64,000 nucleotides of DNA from an uncultured Pseudomonadota bacterium (GCA_963736005.1 CAVTNB010000001.1:800001-864000), one strand, 5' to 3'; numbered from the stretch's first letter, positions 37,952-48,239 are shown. Made by a program: numbers and translations. The notes: generated by a model not told the origin, from the letters alone.

Positions 37952-38995
37952 ATGCGCGCGCTCGTGAAAGAGCGGCCCGGGCCAGGACTCGAACTCAAGC
38001 GAGTTCCCGTGCCGCAGATCGGCCCGACCGACGTGCTCGTTCGCGTCCACATGGCCGGTATCTGTGGAACCGATGGTCATATCTACAACTGGGATAAATG
38101 GTCGCAGAGCCGAGTGGTGCCGCCCCTCATCGTCGGTCACGAGTTCATGGGGACGGTGGCCGCGATAGGTGAGGCAGTTCGCAACGTGGCGGTTGGCGAT
38201 CGCGTGGCGGCCGAAGGACATATTTCGTGCGGCGCATGCCTGCTGTGCCGCACGGGACAAGAATACATATGCGAGCACGTGCGCATTCTCGGGATCGACC
38301 GCGATGGTGCGTTTGCCGATTACGTCTCGGTACCGGAGCACAATATTTGGAAACTCGATCCAGCGGTGCCCGATGCTTGGGCGGCAGTGTTCGATCCTCT
38401 CGGCAATGCCGTGCACACCGTTATGGCAGCCGGCGTCAGCGCAAAGAGTGTGATTATTACAGGGGTCGGCTCGATTGGCTTGATGGCGATACCGGTGGCC
38501 CGCGCAGCCGGTGCCTCCCGCGTCATCGCTATCGACATCAATCCACAAAAGCTTGCGCTCGCAAAATCGCTTGGGGCTGATGCGGTCTTTGACGGTCGCG
38601 ACGCAGATTTACGCGAGAAAATTATGGCCCTCACCGGTGGTCATGGCGCGGACGTGCTGCTTGAGATGAGCGGGAGCGGCGCGGCCATCAATTCAGGACT
38701 CAGCATGGTGCGCAACGGTGGTCGCGCGGCGCTCCTAGGACTTCCCTCGGACAACGTCAGCTTGAACCTCGCGGAGAATATCATCTTCAAGGGGCTCACA
38801 GTCCTTGGCATCAACGGACGGAAAATGTTCGAAACCTGGTACCAAATGCAGGCGATGGTGACGGCCCGCCGCATCGACCTGACATCGATCATCACGCACA
38901 TTTTACCACTCGAACGTTTTCAAGAAGCATTCGATCTTCTCAAAGAAGGCAAGGCCGTGAAAATCGTCATCGAAATCAACGCAAAGGCGCAATAA
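37952..38995 (+). CDS. tdh: L-threonine 3-dehydrogenase (start may be GTG at 37889)
   Basis: ICGTD.HIY.WD.W, GHEF.G, four-Cys Zn site, DPLGNAVHT, GRKMFETW; adjacent to kbl. Confidence 0.93.
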   Translation: MRALVKERPGPGLELKRVPVPQIGPTDVLVRVHMAGICGTDGHIYNWDKWSQSRVVPPLIVGHEFMGTVAAIGEAVRNVAVGDRVAAEGHISCGACLLCRTGQEYICEHVRILGIDRDGAFADYVSVPEHNIWKLDPAVPDAWAAVFDPLGNAVHTVMAAGVSAKSVIITGVGSIGLMAIPVARAAGASRVIAIDINPQKLALAKSLGADAVFDGRDADLREKIMALTGGHGADVLLEMSGSGAAINSGLSMVRNGGRAALLGLPSDNVSLNLAENIIFKGLTVLGINGRKMFETWYQMQAMVTARRIDLTSIITHILPLERFQEAFDLLKEGKAVKIVIEINAKAQ

Positions 38996-39001
38996 GAGTT
39001 T

Positions 39002-40207
39002 ATGAATCAAACCTACGACCGCAAGCTCAAAGGCGAGTTGGAAGCGCTGCGCGCCGCGGGCACCTACAAGACGCTGCGGCACCTGACGACACCGATGGCA
39101 GCCCAGGTCAACATGGAAGAGGCCGGCGACGTTATCGTGCTCTCGAGCAACAACTACCTTGGCCTCGCCGACAACCCGCGCGTCGTCGCCGCCGGCATCG
39201 AAGGCTTGCGCAAATATGGCGCCGGGACGTCAAGCGTGCGGTTCATCTGTGGAACCTTTGACATTCACCGCCAGATCGAAGAAAAAATCGCCCTCTTTTT
39301 AGGCACGCAAGCCGCCTTAACGTATGTGTCATGCTGGAATGCCAATGAGGGTCTTATCCCAACCGTCGCCGTTGCGGGAACCGCTATCGTCTCCGACGAG
39401 CTCAACCACGCATCGATCATTGACGGATGCCGCCTGGCCACGCAAGCGCAGCGACTGCGTTTCAAGCATTCGGACATGGCCGACCTTGAAGCAAAACTCG
39501 CATCGCTGCCACCCGACATGACCAAGTTCATCATCTCAGATGGTGTTTTCTCGATGGAAGGCGACCTCGTCAAGCTGCCGCAGATTGTTGCGCTCGCCAA
39601 GCGCTATAACGGCGTGACGATCATCGACGATAGTCACGGCACGGGCGTCATGGGCCCGACCGGACGCGGAACGATCGAACATTACGGGCTCGCGGGGCAG
39701 ATCGACATCATCACGGGCACGCTCGGCAAGGCGCTGGGCGGTGCAGCCGGCGGCTTCGTCGCCGGTTCTGCCAATCTTATTGACACGCTCATCCAAAAAT
39801 CGCGCACCCAATTGTTCTCGAATGCGCTACCGCCGACGGTCGCATGCAGCGCGCTCGCTGCCATGGAAGAACTTGAAGAGCATCCCGAGCTCTTAGTAAA
39901 ACAGCGCGAGAACATCGCGTACTTTCGCGCAGGCCTCAAGACGCTTGGGTACAAGCCCCTCGAAGGCGAGAGTGCAATCATTCCAATCATTGTCGGCGAA
40001 ACTTCGTTCGCAATCAAAATGAGCGCACTGTTGCTCAAAGAAGGAATTTTTGTAACCGGTTTCGGCTACCCCGTGGTGCCTGAAGGAACAGCGCGCATCC
40101 GGGTACAGATGAGCGCGGCCCTTGACCGGCAGCAACTCGACAAAGCTTTGACTGCCTTCGAGAATGTCGGGACGCAGCTTGGATTGCTGCCGGCAAAGGT
40201 CATCTGA
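39002..40207 (+). CDS. kbl: Glycine C-acetyltransferase
   Basis: SNNYLGL, SVRFICGT, LNHASIIDG, TLGKALGGA, ARIRVQMSA. Confidence 0.93.
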   Translation: MNQTYDRKLKGELEALRAAGTYKTLRHLTTPMAAQVNMEEAGDVIVLSSNNYLGLADNPRVVAAGIEGLRKYGAGTSSVRFICGTFDIHRQIEEKIALFLGTQAALTYVSCWNANEGLIPTVAVAGTAIVSDELNHASIIDGCRLATQAQRLRFKHSDMADLEAKLASLPPDMTKFIISDGVFSMEGDLVKLPQIVALAKRYNGVTIIDDSHGTGVMGPTGRGTIEHYGLAGQIDIITGTLGKALGGAAGGFVAGSANLIDTLIQKSRTQLFSNALPPTVACSALAAMEELEEHPELLVKQRENIAYFRAGLKTLGYKPLEGESAIIPIIVGETSFAIKMSALLLKEGIFVTGFGYPVVPEGTARIRVQMSAALDRQQLDKALTAFENVGTQLGLLPAKVI

Positions 40208-40231
40208 TTGCCGCATGCTTCCCTGCAACGG

Positions 40232-40576
40232 TTAGCTCTTGATCTGCTGACCTGTACTTAGGACGATGATCTTGTCAGCATGCCGCGCGCCGAGCGCCTT
40301 CTGATCGTAATACACTGTCACCCACATACCAGGCTTGATATTCGCCATCTGAAACGTGGTTGTACCGTCGTCTGAGAAGACTTGATCAAACTTGGGGACC
40401 AGAAGGAAGCTAATGGTCTGATCACCCTCGCTGTTGTATACTTTGATATTCTCCGCCGACACATGGACGACCTGACCCGTCCAGACGTTGTTGCCCGCCA
40501 AGGCACTCGAAGCTGAGAACGAGAGCACGCTTGCAATGAACGAAGCACACAATAGTAGCAAGATGTATTTGCTCAT
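40232..40576 (-). CDS. Hypothetical exported protein
   Basis: GGAGG RBS; signal peptide; OB-fold-like beta pattern. Confidence 0.65.
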   Translation of the reverse strand: MSKYILLLLCASFIASVLSFSASSALAGNNVWTGQVVHVSAENIKVYNSEGDQTISFLLVPKFDQVFSDDGTTTFQMANIKPGMWVTVYYDQKALGARHADKIIVLSTGQQIKS

Positions 40577-40770
40577 GTAACCCCCTCCGTTGCTGTGGAT
40601 ATTCCCAAGATTCTCAGAAACGTAACGGGTGCCATGCAGGTTGCGAGGCCGCTCGCGTTCCGCGCTTGGGAACATTTGGCAACACTGACTAAGAGCGAAA
40701 TGCTTGGGGTATAACGCGCGTTATCACATGTGCGGTGTATTGCAAAACTCTAAGGAGGGACTAACCCAAG

Positions 40771-41577
40771 ATGCTCCTCAAGAAGTTATGGCTTGCGGCA
40801 CCGATTGCCGCGCTCGCACTGGTGGCAACCGCTTGTACGAGCAGTTCCGTTGGCAACCTGATCAGCGGCGCAACAGGAGGCAAGGCGCAAGTCCGGGCCA
40901 TCGATGCCTCGCCGAGCGAGCCCGGGCCGCTTTCGCTGGTCGTCGCCAACACAACCATAAACAGCGGTCTGACGGCAGGCACGCCAACGGGCACGTACGC
41001 GCTCGTCGGCGCCGGCAATCAGAACTTCCAGATCGCACCAACGAGCATACCCGCGCTCTCCAAGAGCGTGGCGGCTTCTGTTTTCTATAGCCTCGCGATT
41101 GTCGGCGAACCGGGCCTCGCCGATTTCAACCTCTACATGTTCCAAGACACCAATTCCCAGGCAACCGCGAACACCGTTCGCTACAAAGTGAACGATGCGG
41201 CGCCCGCACCAGGGCCGATAGATGTTTACGTCTATCAAGGTGCAACACTGCCAACGCTTCCAACAGTCCCGGGACTCACGGTCGGCAATGACTCGGGTTC
41301 GATTGCGAACCCGCCCGGCAATTCGTACATCCCAACGCAGGGCTCGTCAACGATCCTCTCGAGCGGTACCTACGTCATCACAGTGACGCCGGCGGGAGTA
41401 CCGAGCACGATCCTGTTCAGCGGTTCGGCCAATCTTAGCGTTGGGAACTCGTACTCGTTCACAGTTGAGGACATCCCTGGCGGCAGCGCGACATCTGTCC
41501 AAGTGATTCTCGCGATCGATCAACCCGCGCAAACTTCAAATCAATCCAATCTCCTGAGCACAGCACGAAAACCATAA
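40771..41577 (+). CDS. DUF4397-like lipoprotein
   Basis: AAGGAGG RBS; lipobox ATAC; 'AQVRAIDASP' and 'AP.IDVYV' repeats. Confidence 0.7.
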   Translation: MLLKKLWLAAPIAALALVATACTSSSVGNLISGATGGKAQVRAIDASPSEPGPLSLVVANTTINSGLTAGTPTGTYALVGAGNQNFQIAPTSIPALSKSVAASVFYSLAIVGEPGLADFNLYMFQDTNSQATANTVRYKVNDAAPAPGPIDVYVYQGATLPTLPTVPGLTVGNDSGSIANPPGNSYIPTQGSSTILSSGTYVITVTPAGVPSTILFSGSANLSVGNSYSFTVEDIPGGSATSVQVILAIDQPAQTSNQSNLLSTARKP

Positions 41578-41581
41578 TGGA

Positions 41582-41605
41582 AGGGCGACGTAACCGTCGC
41601 CCTAC
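41582..41605 (-). repeat. Family-A REP variant
   Basis: agggcgacg-taac-cgtcgccctac. Confidence 0.65.
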
Positions 41606-41630
41606 CTATGCGAGTTCGACATTCTAATTG

Positions 41631-41996
41631 CTAGGTAGTCGCGGGAGATTTTACCGAGGCAACAGCCTCGTCTGTCGTTTCGAACGTTGGAATGACGCGA
41701 GGCAACCCGGCGATGTCAAGGATGCGCGGGGCAAACCCCCCGGCAGGCGCAACAAGTGCGAGTCGCTGCCGGCGCGTACGAGCGTTTTGAGCAAAATCTG
41801 CCAACAACGCGATGGTCCGGCTGTCAAAATAGTCTGCCTTGGTCAGATCGACCACAATGCCTTGTGCCCGGGCTTCAGCGGCAGTTTCCAAGCAATGCTT
41901 CAGCTCTCCAACATTGGAGAGATCCACTTCACCGAAAACCGCGATCACGCTGACGCCATCGATCGCCCCTGTCGTAAAGCGCGCTTCGTTAGTCAT
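41631..41996 (-). CDS. STAS-domain anti-sigma-factor antagonist (RsbV-like)
   Basis: GEVDLSN, VVDL...YFDS, ILDIAGL. Confidence 0.88.
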   Translation of the reverse strand: MTNEARFTTGAIDGVSVIAVFGEVDLSNVGELKHCLETAAEARAQGIVVDLTKADYFDSRTIALLADFAQNARTRRQRLALVAPAGGFAPRILDIAGLPRVIPTFETTDEAVASVKSPATT

Positions 41997-44340
41997 TGCT
42001 GCCTCCCAAGGGCTCGATAAACCGTATGGTTGTGCCCTTGCTTGACCTTTGAATGGTTACCTTCTTCGCGATTGCTCGAATCACGTTCAAACCATATCCT
42101 CCCCCATCGCCATGGGGAGCGCGCCATCGTCCGGAGTCGCTGACGTCGACCACGAGCTTTCCATGTTCAACTCTTCCCCAAACGCGCACCGTTCCTCCCT
42201 GAACTCCATACGCGTGCTGTATGCAGTTGGTAATCGCCTCGCCTAAGGCCACCTGAAACAGTTGAATGTTTTCCTCCGTCATTCCAGCAGCAACAAAGAG
42301 ACGGCGTAGCGACTGACGGAAGATGCGGCTACTCAGTGGCTTCGCCGGTAGCTCTAAATTCATTTCGCGCAGAGGTGCCGGGGCGCACGCGATCGTGAGA
42401 ACGGCAATGTCGTCTTTCGGCGCGGAGTCGGTGAGCATACTGACAATTTTTCCAGCGGCATTTGACTCGTGCGTCGCCAAAATCGATCGAATGGCTTCGA
42501 GAAGACGCTCCTCGCCATTCGGTATTGTGCTCCTGTTTTGCTCGACGAGCCCGTCGGTATAGAGCACAAGCAGCGACCCGTGTGACAACTCGAGGGATTG
42601 CTCCGGAAATTCTGCTTCGAGCGAGACACCAAGCGGGGGAGCCACTGGCTGACCGAAAGCAATCGAGCCGTCGGGATTAGCGACAATTGGCGGCGGATGA
42701 CCGGCACAGGCAAACGAGAACGTCATCTTCTCAAGGTCAACGACGCCAAACAATGCGGTAACCATCGATGGCCGGTCGTTGAGTAATAACAGATTCGCCC
42801 TCGCGAGAACGTTCGAGGGCGTGAGGTGCTCGAGAGCTGTCGCGCGGATGAGCAGCCGCACCGCGCTCATGGCGGCCGCAGCTTGCAGACCCTTCCCAGC
42901 GACATCGCCGATGGACACGCCAAGCCTGCCGTCTGGCAAGGTGAAGGCATCGTACCAATCGCCGCCTATCTCAGCTTCTTTTGCGCCCGGCACGTAGTGT
43001 GCGCGAAGGGTAATGCCGGGTAGCTCAGGCATCGACGTTGGCAGCGAAGCGCGCTGAAAGATGTCGGCCACGCGATGCTCGCGCTCGTAAAGCCTTGCAT
43101 TGTCATAGGCAAGCGCAACGCGGCGGGCGATGATCCCCGCAAAGTCCGCGTCTTCTTGGGAATACGCTTTCGCTGCACCGGTTGCAACAAGCGTCAGTGC
43201 CCCAAAGGTCTGTTGGCGCGCTATCAGGGGTACGGTCACTGCGTGACCGAGGCCAAAGCGTTTGAGCAACGTGCGTTGCTTGCGCGAGAGCGGGGAAGCG
43301 TCAATCTCTTCATCACCCACGGGCTCATGCAACTGGGGCCGCCCAGTTGCTATTGCTTGTTCAGCGCGGTGGCCGAAGCGAACCGCCTCGCCGGCGTCGA
43401 TCAAATCTTGCGCCTGCGCCGTCAATCCTGGGTCGCGATGAACCATAAGCGCTCTGCGTATTTCTCCCTCATCGGAAACGAGATCGATCGCGCACCAATC
43501 CGCCAGGCGTGGAACGAGCAGCTCAGCTGCGCGAGAGAGAGTCCTTTGTGGGTCGAGCGAAGTTGAAAGCACGCGGCCCAGTTGTGAAAGGAGCGCGACC
43601 TTCTCTTCAGATCGCTTTCTGCCCGTAATGTCTAAACTAAAGCCTGCCCACCCGGTCGTTACACCGTCGTTGTCTGTGAGCCGGACCCCGCGCGAAAGAA
43701 TTGAGTACATATTGCCATCGACGCCAAGCACCCGATATTCGTTTTCAAAAATAGCGTCCTCGGCCCGGTTGCGCCACGCCGCCATGAACCGCTCGTAATC
43801 ATCCGGCGGGACTCTGGAGCGAAAGCCGTTGTCGGCGATCCCCTCGACGCTCATGCCGAAGAGCCGGCAGTAGTTTTCGCTTGCATGGAGCAATTTCGAT
43901 CCGTCGGCGTTCGTCAACCACGTACCATATGGCAACATGTCACTGATTGCCGCATAGCGCTGTTGCATTTGATAGAGTGCTGACCGCGTTGCACGCAAAC
44001 CCGTCAGATGTTCGACCTGCTCTTTGGCGCGAGCCAAGTCAAACTGCGCGGCAGCTTCGGACTGAGTCCTCGTGCGAACGAGCTCAACAAGTATGACTGA
44101 CGCGACGACCGCAGCAAAAAAGAACAAAGCATTGATCCAAACAACCAGCGAGAGCGTTGAATAGCCGCTGGAGATGTCAAGAATGGTAAAGACGAGCGTT
44201 GCAAACGCGCCCAGAGCTAATCCCCAGCGGTAGCCTCCCAGGGCTGCGGCCGCGAGGAGCAGGACGTAGGCAATAGGCCGAAGTGTGACTTCCGGCCATA
44301 GATAACTGATAGAGCCGGCCGCAACCGTAAGCGCAAACAC
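41989..44340 (-). CDS. Membrane PAS-GAF-PP2C(SpoIIE) phosphatase with C-terminal HATPase
   Basis: IGGDWYD, GDVAGKG, AGHPPP, LYTDGLVE, DDIA; EAITNCIQHA..DSG.W. Confidence 0.9.
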   Translation of the reverse strand: MFALTVAAGSISYLWPEVTLRPIAYVLLLAAAALGGYRWGLALGAFATLVFTILDISSGYSTLSLVVWINALFFFAAVVASVILVELVRTRTQSEAAAQFDLARAKEQVEHLTGLRATRSALYQMQQRYAAISDMLPYGTWLTNADGSKLLHASENYCRLFGMSVEGIADNGFRSRVPPDDYERFMAAWRNRAEDAIFENEYRVLGVDGNMYSILSRGVRLTDNDGVTTGWAGFSLDITGRKRSEEKVALLSQLGRVLSTSLDPQRTLSRAAELLVPRLADWCAIDLVSDEGEIRRALMVHRDPGLTAQAQDLIDAGEAVRFGHRAEQAIATGRPQLHEPVGDEEIDASPLSRKQRTLLKRFGLGHAVTVPLIARQQTFGALTLVATGAAKAYSQEDADFAGIIARRVALAYDNARLYEREHRVADIFQRASLPTSMPELPGITLRAHYVPGAKEAEIGGDWYDAFTLPDGRLGVSIGDVAGKGLQAAAAMSAVRLLIRATALEHLTPSNVLARANLLLLNDRPSMVTALFGVVDLEKMTFSFACAGHPPPIVANPDGSIAFGQPVAPPLGVSLEAEFPEQSLELSHGSLLVLYTDGLVEQNRSTIPNGEERLLEAIRSILATHESNAAGKIVSMLTDSAPKDDIAVLTIACAPAPLREMNLELPAKPLSSRIFRQSLRRLFVAAGMTEENIQLFQVALGEAITNCIQHAYGVQGGTVRVWGRVEHGKLVVDVSDSGRWRAPHGDGGGYGLNVIRAIAKKVTIQRSSKGTTIRFIEPLGGSND

Positions 44341-44576
44341 CGCAAAGAGACCAAGCGCCTGCGTTGTCTTTGAAATCCTTAGCGTAGGAAACGTGCCTCC
44401 GCCGCGTCACTCTTTCCGCGGACTGCCTTTGTTGCATTACCCGAAGCTTGCTTGCTTGAAACATTTCTCGCCGGGGCAATGACGCAGTCGCTCCAGGATA
44501 AACTCCGGGAACCGACTGCCCGTAACACCTACCCGGTGTGGGCGACGGTCAAACTCTTTTTTTGGCGGCGTTCTCG

Positions 44577-44601
44577 GCTTAGTGGTTGGCGAAGCGGGTA
44601 C
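44577..44601 (+). promoter_or_regulatory. SigB/SigF-like promoter
   Basis: GCTT-N15-GGGTAC upstream of the sigma operon. Confidence 0.5.
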
Positions 44602-44623
44602 GAGGATGGCGGAGGCAGCTAAC

Positions 44624-44833
44624 ATGGCAAAACGCACCAAGCGAAAATATTCCCCAAAGGCAGGCAAAAAAGTCGAGCGAGTGATGCGCGAAATGAAGGA
44701 AGGCAAACTCCGTTCGGGCCGATCCGGCAGAAAGGTTACGAACCGAAAGCAGGCGATTGCCATCGGCCTTTCTGAGGCACGAGAATCCGGAGCGAAAGTG
44801 CCACCGAGTCCTCGCAAGCGTCGCCGCGCTTGA
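44624..44833 (+). CDS. DUF6496-like small basic stress protein
   Basis: KVERVMRE.K.GKLRSG...V..RKQAIAIGLSEAR..G; GGAGG RBS. Confidence 0.8.
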   Translation: MAKRTKRKYSPKAGKKVERVMREMKEGKLRSGRSGRKVTNRKQAIAIGLSEARESGAKVPPSPRKRRRA

Positions 44834-45291
44834 GCGCGGTGATAATGTCTCACATTGACGTCTCGCAAGGTGCGACGGAACCGGCAAGCGGTTTGCCCGA
44901 GGGCCGAGTTAACCTCAACGTGCCCAAAGACCCCACCTTCATTGCAGCCGCCAGACTTACAGCGGCCGGGGTCGGACTACGCGCTGGCCTTTCGTTCGAG
45001 GTGATTGAAGATCTCAAGATCATCGTGGCCGAGGCATGCACCTTTTGCATTGTGGATGGAGGCACGGCGGGGCGCCTGCGAATTGCGTTTGAAGCTCGAC
45101 CAGATTGCTTTGTCGTTTTGGTAACAGACCCACATTTCAACATGGCTCGTCTTGGCGATGGCGGCGTTTCTTTGGTTGAGGACCGCATCGTCGATGAATT
45201 AGCCATTATCCGCGGCCTAACTGATGAGTTTGAGTGTCATGCTGCACTTGGCGGCGGCTTGCTCCTGCGGATGACCAAGAGAACCCGCTAA
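44830..45291 (+). CDS. RsbW-like anti-sigma factor with degenerate ATP-binding boxes
   Basis: ARL.AAG, EDLKIIVAEAC, IRGLTDE; directly upstream of the sigma factor. Confidence 0.7.
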   Translation: MSAVIMSHIDVSQGATEPASGLPEGRVNLNVPKDPTFIAAARLTAAGVGLRAGLSFEVIEDLKIIVAEACTFCIVDGGTAGRLRIAFEARPDCFVVLVTDPHFNMARLGDGGVSLVEDRIVDELAIIRGLTDEFECHAALGGGLLLRMTKRTR

Positions 45292-45292
45292 G

Positions 45293-46078
45293 ATGCAGCA
45301 ATCAGCCGCGCAGGAGCAACCAAAGGGCACGTCGCTAGACCGCGCCAAGCTCCGCCAATTACTGATCGAGTACGCGACGACGCGGTCAGCGGCCATTCGC
45401 GAAGAGCTCGTCCTCATGCATCTCAACGTAGTTCGGTACTTGGCAACGAAATTTGCGAATCGCGGGGAACCCCTTGAGGACCTCATCCAAGTAGGGTCGC
45501 TTGGATTACTCAAAGCGATTGATCGCTTCGATCCCAATCGGGGGGTCGAGTTCATCACCTACGCGATGCCCACGATCCTTGGTGAAATCAAACGCCATTT
45601 TCGAGATAAAGGCTGGGCCTTGCGCGTGCCGCGCCGGCTGCAGGAGCTAAGCCTTTCCGTCAATCGGGTGGCTGAGAGCATGTCGGTGGAGCTCGGACGA
45701 TCGGTGACGGTTGACGAGATCGCCCAGACGTTACACGCAAGCTCAGAGGAAATCATCGAAGCGCAAGAACTTGGTAGCTCGTATTGCACGCTGTCACTCA
45801 ACGCGCAAGTCACAGGCGATCGCCATTCCCGCACCAGCACACTTGCAGATCAGCTCGGCAGTGAGGATGCAGAATTTACTCTTTTGGAGCATAGAGTCTG
45901 CCTGAAGCAAGCGTGCAAGGTTCTGGAGCCGAAGGAACGTGCCGTGATCCTCCTGCGCTTCTTCGGGGAAGTCTCTCAAGCCGAAATCGCGCGACGCTTG
46001 GGTATTTCGCAAATGCAAGTTTCGCGATTGCAGCAGCGAGCCGTCGATAAGATACGGCTCACGATCCTCGGCGAATAG
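45293..46078 (+). CDS. SigB/SigF/SigG-family sigma factor
   Basis: EDLIQVG..GLLKAIDRFDP.RG, PTILGEIKRHFRD, SQMQVSR. Confidence 0.95.
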   Translation: MQQSAAQEQPKGTSLDRAKLRQLLIEYATTRSAAIREELVLMHLNVVRYLATKFANRGEPLEDLIQVGSLGLLKAIDRFDPNRGVEFITYAMPTILGEIKRHFRDKGWALRVPRRLQELSLSVNRVAESMSVELGRSVTVDEIAQTLHASSEEIIEAQELGSSYCTLSLNAQVTGDRHSRTSTLADQLGSEDAEFTLLEHRVCLKQACKVLEPKERAVILLRFFGEVSQAEIARRLGISQMQVSRLQQRAVDKIRLTILGE

Positions 46079-46104
46079 GCGCTGGCACCCAGGACCTTAC
46101 ACGC

Positions 46105-46473
46105 TCAGTCCTTGTCGTCCAAGAGCTCGATGCTGTACATTTGCCACCACCCAAGTTGGGCATGGGCAAAAGCGCTCGGCGCGGATAATGCGATGAGTTC
46201 CGCCACCTCGTAATCGAGGCCCTGACGCATCGAGACGACGCGCAAACCTTGAAGCTCGGCCAGCGCATCGTCGATGGCCTTGCTTTCCTCTCGAAGGGTT
46301 AGAGCCAAACTTACCCGATCGAATTCAACAAATCCGTCGTCCCAGCCCAGCACGTACAACATCTCTAGGAGCCGACGACTCAGGGGCCCAATCACGCCGG
46401 CTCGACAAAGCGCCTCCGTGTGGGAGAGCACGTCAGACACGGAATTCGGTATAGCGAGCACAACGCTTTTCAT
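46105..46473 (-). CDS. Hypothetical protein
   Basis: ATGA overlap with the HAD gene; no recognised motif. Confidence 0.55.
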   Translation of the reverse strand: MKSVVLAIPNSVSDVLSHTEALCRAGVIGPLSRRLLEMLYVLGWDDGFVEFDRVSLALTLREESKAIDDALAELQGLRVVSMRQGLDYEVAELIALSAPSAFAHAQLGWWQMYSIELLDDKD

Positions 46474-47195
46474 CGAACGGCTCGCACGTTCGAAATGTTC
46501 GCCTCGGCCTTCATCGTATGTCGTGACCCAACCGATTCAAAGAGCGCACCTTGAAGATCTGCCGGATCGTCAAAGATACCATCGGCCCCAGCGAGGTCGT
46601 TGACGCTCCAACCGCCGCAGCGCAAAGCGACAACAAAGACCTCAGCTTCGTGCGCTGCAGCGACGTCGTATGGGCTATCGCCGATGGAAAGTGCTTCATC
46701 CCTTCCAAGCGAGAGGCATTCCAACGCGAACAACAATGGGTCTGGCCACGGCTTCGAACGCGTCACGTCGTCCGCGCAGATGCGCACGGGGAGCACATCG
46801 CCGAGCTTTGCGACGTCCAACACGGCCGCAAGTTCTGTTTTCGATGCGGAACTGACCGCGACAATCTTCTTTCGATGGCGATGAAGCTCTTCGAGAAGCT
46901 CACGCGCGCCGCGAGTTGGCCGGAGGCGTGTCAAGTATTCGTTTGCGAAGATGCGACGGTGAGCTGCCATGACTTCCTCCCGCTCGTCTTTCCCCAATTT
47001 CGGTTTGAGGCTTTGAACGAGGTCCGACCCGGCGAGGCCGACGAGCGTGCGGATGCGCCAAGGAGGCGCATCGAAGATCCCACTCTCAGCAAAGGCGCGT
47101 GACCAGGCTAGCGCGTGAGCCGGATTGCTCTCGACGAGTGTGCCGTCAACGTCGAAGATAAAACCCCGCGCCTTCTCACTGAGCATCGCGTCCAT
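46470..47195 (-). CDS. HAD-family hydrolase
   Basis: FDVDGTL, KPWPD, IGDSPYD. Confidence 0.9.
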   Translation of the reverse strand: MDAMLSEKARGFIFDVDGTLVESNPAHALAWSRAFAESGIFDAPPWRIRTLVGLAGSDLVQSLKPKLGKDEREEVMAAHRRIFANEYLTRLRPTRGARELLEELHRHRKKIVAVSSASKTELAAVLDVAKLGDVLPVRICADDVTRSKPWPDPLLFALECLSLGRDEALSIGDSPYDVAAAHEAEVFVVALRCGGWSVNDLAGADGIFDDPADLQGALFESVGSRHTMKAEANISNVRAVR

Positions 47196-47354
47196 CTCGC
47201 GTCTCCGCTCCGATCAATGCACCCATGGCGACAAAAACGATACCAAGCAGTACCGAGGCCGAGAGGACTTCGGTTGAGGCGCTCAAGACCATGTCGTGCT
47301 CTCCCTTCGAGACCTGTCACGTGCTTGATTCCCGGTCTCAGCCTTTGTGAAACC

Positions 47355-47380
47355 GTTTGGTGTTTCGGCCGTTTGGGTAT
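47355..47380 (+). promoter_or_regulatory. SigB/SigF-like promoter
   Basis: GTTT-N16-GGGTAT. Confidence 0.65.
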
Positions 47381-47414
47381 CAAAGCACACGGACAGAAAG
47401 CGAGGAAGTTGGAG

Positions 47415-47708
47415 ATGGTGAAACAATTCAACGAGTTTGTTGACAGTGCGCAAGATGCAACAGCGCGGGCTGCAAAGACTCCAGCTGGCAAGACGGCACG
47501 CGAGCTGACGGAGCGAGTTGAGCGCGTGGTCCGAGATCGTCCGACGAACGCCCTTCTGCGAGCAACGTTGCTGGGTGCGACTGGCTTGGCGATGCTGCTT
47601 TCCTTAGGCTTTGCGCTCGGCAACCGCAAGCACGAAGCGCTCTATGTCGGCCAGTGGGTGCCAACTCTTTTGCTGGTGGCGCTTTGGGGTCAAACCGTAA
47701 AGCGTTAG
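47415..47708 (+). CDS. Small membrane-anchored stress protein
   Basis: GGAG RBS; 'ALYVGQWVPTLLL' motif. Confidence 0.65.
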   Translation: MVKQFNEFVDSAQDATARAAKTPAGKTARELTERVERVVRDRPTNALLRATLLGATGLAMLLSLGFALGNRKHEALYVGQWVPTLLLVALWGQTVKR

Positions 47709-47728
47709 CGGCGTTTGGGGTACCAACT

Positions 47729-47753
47729 GTTTAAGCCTCTTTGTCACGGGTAA
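47729..47753 (+). promoter_or_regulatory. SigB/SigF-like promoter
   Basis: GTTT-N15-GGGTAA. Confidence 0.65.
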
Positions 47754-47795
47754 CACAGCAAAAGAGTTCTTGCTACAACTCTCTAGGAGGAATAC

Positions 47796-47951
47796 ATGGG
47801 TGGCATACTGTGGACAATTATTGTAATCTTATTCGTCTTGTGGCTCATCGGTTTTCTGATGCATATCGGCGGCGGACTCATTCATCTACTTCTTGTCATC
47901 GCCGTTGTCGTCTTGGTGATCAATCTTCTCACCGGTCGCAAGACCGTCTGA
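47796..47951 (+). CDS. lmo0937/DUF5670-like membrane peptide (51 aa; not in the ORF track)
   Basis: AGGAGG RBS; MGGILWTIIVILFVLWLIGF..IGGGLIHLLLVIA...LLTGRKTV. Confidence 0.8.
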   Translation: MGGILWTIIVILFVLWLIGFLMHIGGGLIHLLLVIAVVVLVINLLTGRKTV

Positions 47952-47975
47952 TTCCGTCTTGAGCGGGAGGTTACG

Positions 47976-48239
47976 ATGGATATATTGGCTTGGGTAGTCG
48001 TCGGCATTATTGCCGGGTTCTTGGCGAAAACTATGGTTCCAGGGGAAGGCCCCGGCGGCGTCTTGGGTGATCTTGTGGTGGGCGTTGTCGGGGCTCTCCT
48101 CGGAGGCTGGATTTTTAATAGCTTCGGGCACATGGGAGTCACCGGATTAAACCTCTGGAGCATTTTGGTTGCGTTTGTGGGCGGCGTCGTCTTGCTCCTC
48201 ATTATTCGATTGATCACGGGCAGCCGGGTGGTGGCATAG
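47976..48239 (+). CDS. GlsB/YeaQ/YmgE-family stress membrane protein
   Basis: WVVVGIIAGFLA...GVVGALLGG...VAFVGGVVLL. Confidence 0.85.
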   Translation: MDILAWVVVGIIAGFLAKTMVPGEGPGGVLGDLVVGVVGALLGGWIFNSFGHMGVTGLNLWSILVAFVGGVVLLLIIRLITGSRVVA

